A stretch of DNA of 64,000 bases, taken from positions 70 through 64,069 of the forward strand of contig CAZLOE010000004.1 in assembly GCA_964561115.1 (NCBI GenBank), in the 5' to 3' direction. Positions within the stretch are counted from its first letter, which is position 1; each line of letters opens with the position of its first letter. The notes below the pieces were generated by a model, which was not told the DNA's origin, did no database searches, and saw nothing but the letters and a program-made list of their open reading frames with translations. Shown one piece after another: positions 56,901 through 64,000 of this stretch. The position numbers and the translations under genes were made by a program. This DNA comes from an uncultured Actinomycetota bacterium (GTDB lineage: Bacteria; Actinomycetota; Humimicrobiia; Humimicrobiales; Humimicrobiaceae).

Positions 56901-58124
56901 TTGAGTATTTATAAGGAAGCACTGGAAATGCATAAAAAAAATGCCGGCAAGATTGATATAGTAAGTAAAGTAAAAACTGAAAACGAACATGACCTGTCCC
57001 TTGCTTATTCTCCCGGTGTGGCGGAGCCCTGTTGTGTGATTGCAAAACATCCGCAGGAAATAAACACTTATACCGCCAGGGGCAATATGATTGCAGTGGT
57101 ATCTGACGGCTCGGCTGTCCTGGGTCTTGGTAATATGGGAGCCAGAGCAGCTCTTCCGGTGATGGAAGGAAAATGTGTGTTATTCAAACAGTTTGGAGGA
57201 GTATCCGCCTTCCCAATTTGTATAGACAGTCAGGATAATGATGAAATTGTCAATACCATAAAACTACTGGAGCCTTCTTTTGCGGGAATAAATATGGAAG
57301 ATATAGCAGCACCCAGGTGTTTTGAGATAGAGGATAGGTTAAAGAGGGAAACAAATATGCTTATTTTCCATGACGATCAGCACGGGACTGCTATTGTAGT
57401 TTTAGCCGGATTGGTTAATGCTCTAAAAATTTACGGAAAAGACATAAAAGAAGTGAAAATAGTAATAAATGGAGCAGGAGCAGCCGGGACATCTATTGTG
57501 AATCTGCTGAGCAATGTAGATGTATCGGATATGGTTGTATGCGACAGCAGGGGAATAATCTCTAAAGACAGAAAGGACTTAAATGATCCCAAAAGGAAGA
57601 TGGCTGAGTTTACTAATCCAGAGAATATAAAGGGAGGCCTTTTTGATGCAGTTGAGAACGCCGATGTATTTATAGGTGTTTCTGTGGCAGATGTATTGAC
57701 TGCAGAGATGATAAACAGGATGAAGAAAAACCCAGTCATATTTGCCCTGTCAAATCCTGAACCTGAAATCAAGCCGGAAGTCGCGAAAAAATGCGGTGTT
57801 GATATTATAGCTACCGGAAGGAGCGATTATCCTAATCAGGTAAATAATGTCCTGGCATTTCCCGGGATCTTCAGAGGAGCTCTGGACGCGGGGGCAATAG
57901 AGATAAATACAGATATGAAACTCGCTGCAGCAAAAGCTATTTCCGAAATAGCAAGCGGCAGCCTGAAGAAAGATTATATTATTCCCAAGCCTTTTGATAA
58001 GAGGGTTCTTCCGGCTGTTGCAGTAAGTGTGGCCAGAGCTGCCATGGAGGGCGGTAACACTTATAGAAAGGTAGATTTAAAACTCATTGAAAGAAAAGCA
58101 AAAAAGATTATGGAAACCAGATAA
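56901..58124 (+). CDS. NAD(P)-dependent malic enzyme (small prokaryotic type)
   Basis: Malic-enzyme motifs (VVSDGSAVLGLGNMG, FHDDQHGTAIV, GAGAAG). TTG start. Confidence 0.8.
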   Translation: MSIYKEALEMHKKNAGKIDIVSKVKTENEHDLSLAYSPGVAEPCCVIAKHPQEINTYTARGNMIAVVSDGSAVLGLGNMGARAALPVMEGKCVLFKQFGGVSAFPICIDSQDNDEIVNTIKLLEPSFAGINMEDIAAPRCFEIEDRLKRETNMLIFHDDQHGTAIVVLAGLVNALKIYGKDIKEVKIVINGAGAAGTSIVNLLSNVDVSDMVVCDSRGIISKDRKDLNDPKRKMAEFTNPENIKGGLFDAVENADVFIGVSVADVLTAEMINRMKKNPVIFALSNPEPEIKPEVAKKCGVDIIATGRSDYPNQVNNVLAFPGIFRGALDAGAIEINTDMKLAAAKAISEIASGSLKKDYIIPKPFDKRVLPAVAVSVARAAMEGGNTYRKVDLKLIERKAKKIMETR

Positions 58125-59374
58125 TGAAAGCCGATATCCCATTTGGGAAAAAAAGTATAAGGATAAATATCCCGGATAAAAACACACTGGATATAATTTC
58201 AGAAGGAAGCGGTAGTCTTATTATAGATGAAGATAAGACAATAACAGGTGCTTTGGAAAATCCAATAAAATCCAAAAGGCTGCGGGAAATTGCTTCAAGC
58301 AGGAAAAGTGCCTGTATCATTGCAAGTGATATTACCAGGCCGTGCCCCTCATATAAATTTCTGCCCCTTCTGGCAGGCGAGTTAAGAAAGGGGGGAATAG
58401 AAAACAAGGATATCTTGGTTGTGCTGGGTTTGGGGATCCACCGTAGCCATACTGATTCTGAAAAAAGGAAACTTGTGGGCGACTATGTTTACAACAATAT
58501 TGAAACAATAGACTCGGATACTTCAAAGTCAAAACTGATCGGTTATACCTCAAGAGGGACACCAGTAGAAGTTTTTGAAAGAGTATTGGATTATGATCTC
58601 TTAATTGTTACAGGCAATATTGAATATCACTATTTTGCCGGTTTCAGCGGAGGTGCGAAGGCAGTAATGCCTGGAATATGCACCAGAAATTCCATCCAGT
58701 CAAACCATTCAATGATGCTGGATAACAGATCAGCTACAGGCAGGTTTTTAGATAATCCGGTAAGAGAGGATATTGAAGAAGCAGGTAAATTGGCAGGTAT
58801 TGATTTTATATTCAATGTAATAATAAATGACGAAAAAAAAATAATTGCTGCTGTAGCAGGGCAGAATAATGATGCCTATCTGGAAGGTATAAAGAAATAT
58901 GAATCTATATATGGGAGTGAAGTGGAATGTGCTGCTGATATAGTGATAACTTCTCAGGGCGGCTATCCAAAGGATATGAATTTATACCAGTCCCATAAAG
59001 CACTGGAAAACGTAAAAGAAATAACAGCCGAAAAGGGTACCATAATTCTTGTAGCTTCCTGTTGTGAAGGATTTGGGGATGATACATTTGAACAGTGGAT
59101 GACCGGCTATAATGATTATAATTATCTAAGTAAAAAAATTGAGAAGAAATTTGTTCTTGGAGGTCATAAGGCTGTGGCAATATCCAAAATCCTTACTAAA
59201 AACGAAGTCCTTCTCTATTCGGATTTTTCCCGTGAAGAAACTGAAAAATTAGGATTTAAGAAAATAAAAGATATTCAAAAATATTTAAATGACATGATTT
59301 CACAAAACAGTGAGATAAAAGTAACCATCGTACCTACAGGAAGATTTGTAAGGTCAAAAATCAGTAAATCATAA
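58124..59374 (+). CDS. LarA-family nickel-pincer-cofactor-dependent 2-hydroxyacid racemase/epimerase homolog
   Basis: DUF2088/LarA N-domain; HYFAGFSGGAK block matching the LarA cofactor-tethering Lys region. Start overlaps the malic-enzyme stop. Confidence 0.6.
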   Translation: MKADIPFGKKSIRINIPDKNTLDIISEGSGSLIIDEDKTITGALENPIKSKRLREIASSRKSACIIASDITRPCPSYKFLPLLAGELRKGGIENKDILVVLGLGIHRSHTDSEKRKLVGDYVYNNIETIDSDTSKSKLIGYTSRGTPVEVFERVLDYDLLIVTGNIEYHYFAGFSGGAKAVMPGICTRNSIQSNHSMMLDNRSATGRFLDNPVREDIEEAGKLAGIDFIFNVIINDEKKIIAAVAGQNNDAYLEGIKKYESIYGSEVECAADIVITSQGGYPKDMNLYQSHKALENVKEITAEKGTIILVASCCEGFGDDTFEQWMTGYNDYNYLSKKIEKKFVLGGHKAVAISKILTKNEVLLYSDFSREETEKLGFKKIKDIQKYLNDMISQNSEIKVTIVPTGRFVRSKISKS

Positions 59375-59551
59375 ATATATCCTTCTGATACATATTGATT
59401 TACTCAGTAAAATTTCATTTAAAATTCCCTTAAAATTCAGGCAGGGCTTTACCTATGCTACCCTATAAATTCCAATTATTTGTTTTTTACATATTTATTA
59501 TAGATCTATAGGATAGTGCTCATTTTTTTTAATAACAATTGCAACAAATAC

Positions 59552-59580
59552 TTGACAAGTAAGGTCTAAAAATGTAGTAT
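59552..59580 (+). promoter_or_regulatory. putative sigma-A promoter for the ROK regulator: TTGACA-17 nt-TAGTAT
   Basis: TTGACA 59552-57, TAGTAT 59575-80 with TG immediately upstream. Confidence 0.5.
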
Positions 59581-59614
59581 ATCAACTAAGTTTAACAATT
59601 AATGAGTTATTCTA

Positions 59615-60823
59615 ATGAATCCAAGAAAACCTGAACATATAAGAACACTTAACACAAAATCTATTATAAATATCATAAGAGAAGGAAACATCGTTACAAA
59701 ATCAGATATTGCAAAAAAAATCAATATTTCTCAACAAGCTATAAATAATATAGTAACAGAGTTAATAAGAAAAAAACTGGTTTTAGAGACCGGTTTAAGA
59801 AAGTCTACAAAAAAAGGAGGAAAGAGACCGGTATTATTAAAGTTTAATGAGAATGCTGGTTATATTATTGGTGCGATGATGGGTCCAAAGAAGATAAAGG
59901 GAATATTGGCAAATTACAATGCGGACATTATAGTTGAAAAATTTTTTAAGAACAACATTAGAGCAGACCATGAAGAAATAATTTCCAGTATGATTGAAAT
60001 GTTTGAAGAAATGATTAAAGAGGCTGGCGTAGAAAAAAATAAGGTGTTGGGTGTTGGGATCGGCGTACCGGGAATAGTGGACGAAAAAAGCGGTGTTATC
60101 CGTTTACTTCCTTATATGTATAACTGGGAGGATATAAAAATCGCAAAGATAATAAAAGATAAGATGGGAATAGATGTATATGTGAGTAATGAAAATAGAG
60201 TTCGTTCTTATGGGGAGAAGATGTTTGGCCTGGCAAAAAAAGTAGATAATTTTGCTGTGATTTTGACCGGTTATGGTATAGGTGGGGGATTTTTTGAAAA
60301 CAACGAATGTATAACAGGTAGAAATCTTTTTGCTGGGGAATTTGGGCACATAAAGTTAAGTCCTGATGGTCCTAAATGTGTTTGCGGCAATAGGGGTTGT
60401 CTTAATGCACTGGTAAATACCGTTAGAATTAATGGACTGATAAAAGAATATATGAATTTATCAGAATTTAAAGACTCTATTTTAGCAAGGAAGTATAGAG
60501 ATAATAATTTTAAGGTTGAATCCAAAACTTTATTTGAGTGTTTTTATGACGGGGATAATCTAGCAAAAAAAATTGTGAATGAGATATCATATTGGCTTGG
60601 TGTAGCAGTATCCATAATCGTAGCTGTTATAGACCCGGAATTAATAATCATCAGTGGGGAATATACAGTAGGAGGGGATTCCTTTATAGATAAAATTGTT
60701 GAAGTCGCTAAGGCTAATATTTTACCCTCAATCAAAAAAAATATTAGGATTAAATATTCACAAATGGGAAAAAAAGCTGGTTTAGTTGGTTCAGTAGGTT
60801 TTGTGTTAGATAAATTATTATAA
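59615..60823 (+). CDS. ROK-family transcriptional regulator (NagC/XylR-like)
   Basis: N-terminal wHTH (IAKKINISQQAINNIVTELIRKKLV) plus ROK sugar-kinase fold with CxCGxxGC zinc motif (CVCGNRGC). Confidence 0.75.
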   Translation: MNPRKPEHIRTLNTKSIINIIREGNIVTKSDIAKKINISQQAINNIVTELIRKKLVLETGLRKSTKKGGKRPVLLKFNENAGYIIGAMMGPKKIKGILANYNADIIVEKFFKNNIRADHEEIISSMIEMFEEMIKEAGVEKNKVLGVGIGVPGIVDEKSGVIRLLPYMYNWEDIKIAKIIKDKMGIDVYVSNENRVRSYGEKMFGLAKKVDNFAVILTGYGIGGGFFENNECITGRNLFAGEFGHIKLSPDGPKCVCGNRGCLNALVNTVRINGLIKEYMNLSEFKDSILARKYRDNNFKVESKTLFECFYDGDNLAKKIVNEISYWLGVAVSIIVAVIDPELIIISGEYTVGGDSFIDKIVEVAKANILPSIKKNIRIKYSQMGKKAGLVGSVGFVLDKLL

Positions 60824-60902
60824 GAATTTAAAAAATCCTTTAGGATTTATAAGAAAATGCAGGTTGATCTATCTATAAAAATGAAAAGGTGAGTGCAGGT
60901 AA

Positions 60903-62384
60903 TTGCTATTAGAAATAAAAAAAGTGATAAAAACATTTCCCGGAACTGTTGCATTAGATGAAGTTGATTTTAATCTAAAAAAAGGAGAAATACATGCAAT
61001 TGTCGGGGAGAATGGTGCCGGTAAATCTACTCTTATGAAAATCCTATCAGGGGCTTACAAGAAGGATTCAGGAACCATAAAATTTGAAGATAAAAAAGTA
61101 GCTATTGGAGATGTAGATGCTGCTCGAGCTATTGGTATTAGCATGATATATCAGGAGTTAGAAAACATACAGAAACTTTCAGTTGCCGAAAATGTTTTCT
61201 TGGGGAAATTGCCGAGAAGCAGAGTCCTTGGTTTTGTCAATTTTAAAAAGTTAATGATCGAGACAAAAAAAATACTAAAAGAGTTTGATATTGACATAGA
61301 CCCGGGGAAAAAATTAGCTTCTCTTACTACAGCTGAACAGCAGTTCATAGAAATAATCAAAGCTATAACGGTTAAAAATGCCCGGATCATAATCATGGAC
61401 GAGCCTACGTCTTCACTAACTAAAAAAGAAGTAGAAAAATTATTTTTAATCATTAAAGAACTGAAGAAAAAAGGGATAAGTATAATATACATCTCGCATA
61501 GACTTGATGAAGTTGTCGGAATTGCTGACAGGATAAGTGTTTTTAGAGATGGGAAAAATCAAGGCGTAATGAAAAAAAGTGAATTTGATACAAATAAAAT
61601 TGTTGCTTTAATGATCGGGCGTGAATTAAAAGCAGCAGAAAAAAGTGTGTCAAAAGAACAGAAAATAATTTTCGAAATTAAAAGACTTTCAATAAGAAAC
61701 AAGATAATAGATTTTAATATGAAATTGTACAAAGGAGAGATTCTTGGAATAGTGGGATTAATGGGGTCTGGAAAAGATGAACTAGTAAAAAGCATTGTCG
61801 GTCTATGGCCGGCGCAATCTAAGGAAATTTATTTTTTGGGAAAAAGGATAAATATAAAACATCCTGCCGATGCTATTAAGCATGGAATCATTTATCTTCC
61901 GGAAGAGAGAAAATTACAGTCTCTCTTTTTAGACATGAGTGTAAGTGCAAACATCTCTCCATTGTGGTTATTCAATGTTGAGAATAAATTCTTTATGAAT
62001 ACTAAAAAAGAAATAGAACTTACTAAGACATATGCTAAAAGATTAGCAATAAGGACACCTTCTGTTTCAACATTAATCGTTTATCTTAGTGGAGGCAACC
62101 AACAAAAAGTCATTTTTTCCCGTATGTTGACCATAAAACCAAAGTTAATGATCTTAAATGATCCTACAAGAGGGATAGATGTCGGAAGTAAGGAGGAAAT
62201 ATATAATATAATAAAAGAATTAGCTTCTAAAGGGGTATCGATATTTATCTTATCTTCGGAAATCCAGGAAATGACCAGAGTAGCGAACAGAGTAATTGTG
62301 TTATCAAAGGGAGAAATACGTGACGAATTTACAGATAAGGATATAACGACAAAAAATCTTATCAGATCAGCAATGAGAGTGTAA
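60903..62384 (+). CDS. sugar ABC transporter ATP-binding protein (duplicated ABC domains, RbsA/MglA-like)
   Basis: First Walker A GENGAGKST, second degenerate GLMGSGKDE, LSGGNQQK signature. Confidence 0.8.
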   Translation: MLLEIKKVIKTFPGTVALDEVDFNLKKGEIHAIVGENGAGKSTLMKILSGAYKKDSGTIKFEDKKVAIGDVDAARAIGISMIYQELENIQKLSVAENVFLGKLPRSRVLGFVNFKKLMIETKKILKEFDIDIDPGKKLASLTTAEQQFIEIIKAITVKNARIIIMDEPTSSLTKKEVEKLFLIIKELKKKGISIIYISHRLDEVVGIADRISVFRDGKNQGVMKKSEFDTNKIVALMIGRELKAAEKSVSKEQKIIFEIKRLSIRNKIIDFNMKLYKGEILGIVGLMGSGKDELVKSIVGLWPAQSKEIYFLGKRINIKHPADAIKHGIIYLPEERKLQSLFLDMSVSANISPLWLFNVENKFFMNTKKEIELTKTYAKRLAIRTPSVSTLIVYLSGGNQQKVIFSRMLTIKPKLMILNDPTRGIDVGSKEEIYNIIKELASKGVSIFILSSEIQEMTRVANRVIVLSKGEIRDEFTDKDITTKNLIRSAMRV

Positions 62385-63335
62385 ATGAGCAAAAAAGGAA
62401 ATAAATTTACAAACATATTAAGGGACCAATCGCAATTAATAATATTGATTTTACTTATTGTGATATTTTCTATTACCACCCCTAGTTTCCGCACCACCGG
62501 TAATTTTGTGAATTTATTAAAACAGGTCACAGTAATAGGAGTTATAAGCTGTGGAATGACTATAGTGGTAATCACCGGGTGCCTGGACCTATCAGTAGGC
62601 TCTGTTTTTTCTTTACTGAATGTAGTTTCTATTTCTTTTCAACAGAGCAATAACTTTCTGGGAATCTTTATACCATTGATAATGGCAGTAGTTATAGGTT
62701 TTTTGAATGGTTTTGTCATTACAAAGTTTAAAGTCAACTCTATTATTGCAACTTTAGGCTCACTCTCATTTTATGCTGGGGCGGCTCTGCTCTATACCAA
62801 CGGAGCTATTATAGCGGGGGTTACCGGTACCTGGTATGGATTTATCGGGAGGGGTAAATTGCTGGGAATACCAATTCATGTATATATATTTTTTATAATA
62901 GCAATTATTTATCAAATATTACTTAATAACACAACTTTAGGAAGAAAGATAAAATATGTGGGGACAAATACTACAGCAGCAGAGATCGCAGGTATTAGAT
63001 CCAATAGAATACGGACTATAGCATTTATAATATCAAGTGTATCTGTTGCCATAGCTGTTTTAATTTATAGCTCGAGGATGACAACGGGAAGTCCGGTAAC
63101 AGGAGTCGGTTTTGAATTTGATGCTATAACAGCTGTAGTGATCGGTGGAACAAGTTTAGCTGGTGGAAAAGGCAGCATATTTAAAACAATTATTGGTGTT
63201 CTGTTATTAGCAGTAATTATAAATGCTCTGACACTATACAATGTCCCGTATGCCTTCCAAAATATAGTAAAAGGATTTCTGATAATTGTTGCCATAATTA
63301 TTGATATTAGAGTAAGGAGAAGAATTGAAGGCTGA
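62385..63335 (+). CDS. sugar ABC transporter permease (RbsC/AraH family)
   Basis: Polytopic membrane protein (GFLNGFVITKFKVNSIIATLG). Confidence 0.75.
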   Translation: MSKKGNKFTNILRDQSQLIILILLIVIFSITTPSFRTTGNFVNLLKQVTVIGVISCGMTIVVITGCLDLSVGSVFSLLNVVSISFQQSNNFLGIFIPLIMAVVIGFLNGFVITKFKVNSIIATLGSLSFYAGAALLYTNGAIIAGVTGTWYGFIGRGKLLGIPIHVYIFFIIAIIYQILLNNTTLGRKIKYVGTNTTAAEIAGIRSNRIRTIAFIISSVSVAIAVLIYSSRMTTGSPVTGVGFEFDAITAVVIGGTSLAGGKGSIFKTIIGVLLLAVIINALTLYNVPYAFQNIVKGFLIIVAIIIDIRVRRRIEG

Positions 63336-64000
63336 AAAATTTAGAAACTTCATAATCGAACAGAAGATATTATTGATAATAGTGGCTATTGGAATATTTT
63401 TGTGGATAAGTTCAGATTATTTTTTGACTTTTCAGAATATAACAAATATTTTCCAGACTATATCATTTGAGGGAATGATTGTTATTGGTATGGCGCTATT
63501 GATTATTATTGGAGAGATAGATCTTTCAGTTGGTTCTATTATGGCGTTTGGTGCAGTCCTATCAGTTATGTTCCAGTCTTATGGTGTGTTTACAGGAATA
63601 GTTGCTGGAATTACTGGAGGCATTGTCATCGGTTTAATGAATGGTTTGATTACTACAAAGCTTAAGCTGCCTTCGATTGCTGTCACGTTGGGTATGATGG
63701 TCTTTTTAAACGGAGTGGTGTTTGCACTTACGAAGGAACATACCTTAAAAGGCACCAATGAAAATTTTGTGTTGATTTCTCAGACTGAACTGTTTCGGAT
63801 ACCTTTACCGGTCATTGTCTTTATTATATTGCTGATAATATTTGAGATCATTTTGCAGAGATCAATTTTTGGCCGGCATATATTTGCTATAGGAGGTAAT
63901 GCAACAGCGAGTAAGTTTTTTGGACTTAAAGTAGATATGGTGCGGATAATTTGTTTTACAATAACCGGATTTTTGGCAGGATTAGCAGGTGTTATGCTGG
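63325..64000 (+). CDS. second sugar ABC transporter permease (partial; runs off the window end)
   Basis: TTG start overlaps the previous gene; RbsC-like (GLMNGLITTKLKLPSIAVTLGMM); no stop before the window end. Confidence 0.6.
   Translation, partial: MKAEKFRNFIIEQKILLIIVAIGIFLWISSDYFLTFQNITNIFQTISFEGMIVIGMALLIIIGEIDLSVGSIMAFGAVLSVMFQSYGVFTGIVAGITGGIVIGLMNGLITTKLKLPSIAVTLGMMVFLNGVVFALTKEHTLKGTNENFVLISQTELFRIPLPVIVFIILLIIFEIILQRSIFGRHIFAIGGNATASKFFGLKVDMVRIICFTITGFLAGLAGVML

Noticed and set aside
1-64000. CRISPR arrays, rRNA genes, transposases/integrases, toxin-antitoxin pairs
   Set aside because: I searched by eye for regularly spaced direct repeats and for hallmark motifs and found none in this window.

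Overview
This 64-kb window looks like chromosomal DNA from a low-GC, Bacillota (Firmicutes)-like anaerobe. The call rests on gene order resembling Bacillus/Clostridia operons: rpsF-ssb-rpsR-yybS-rplI-dnaB-purA, cysE-cysS-rlmB-yacP, clpC-disA and greA-lysS. I support about 63 protein-coding genes and one tRNA; coding density is very high, with frequent 1-4 nt overlaps and convergent stop-codon overlaps.

The left ~3.6 kb differs from the rest. Three minus-strand gene units (a DinB/YfiT-like protein, an Abi_2 abortive-infection protein, an ABC-2 exporter pair) are each followed at their 3' end by a ~25-30 bp repeat that looks like the T-loop-to-CCA end of a tRNA. I read this as a likely accessory/defence islet.

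The remainder is housekeeping and anaerobic metabolism: pabA-pabB-pabC, an aldo/keto reductase, a nitroreductase, a DHH-DHHA1-CBS-CBS-CCA-type nucleotidyltransferase fusion, a tRNA (Val-GAC by my reading), a HgdC/HgdAB-like activase plus two 2-hydroxyacyl-CoA dehydratase-like subunits, pncA-pncB, the ribosomal/replication cluster, purA-purD-purE, a solitary pstB, greA-lysS, clpC-disA, ispD-ispF, cysE-cysS-rlmB-yacP, a lipoprotein thermonuclease with a lamin-tail domain, accC plus a carboxyltransferase-like/biotinyl protein plus bioY, bcd-etfB-etfA, a PAS-GGDEF cyclase, birA, fabZ-fabD-fabG-fabF-accD-accA, PASTA kinase/PP2C phosphatase, a small malic enzyme translationally coupled to a LarA-family (Ni-pincer) hydroxyacid racemase homolog, and a ROK regulator with a sugar ABC importer.

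The observations most worth follow-up are: (1) the cassette-like islet with tRNA-end repeats; (2) malic enzyme coupled to a LarA-like racemase, a candidate malate racemase module; (3) a pyruvate-carboxylase-B-like protein whose metal-binding His-x-His appears lost but whose biotinyl domain is intact, sitting with accC and bioY in a genome region where no accB is seen; (4) etfB lacking any canonical start codon; (5) a DHH-CBS-CCA fusion enzyme.

No CRISPR array, rRNA, transposase or integrase gene was seen.
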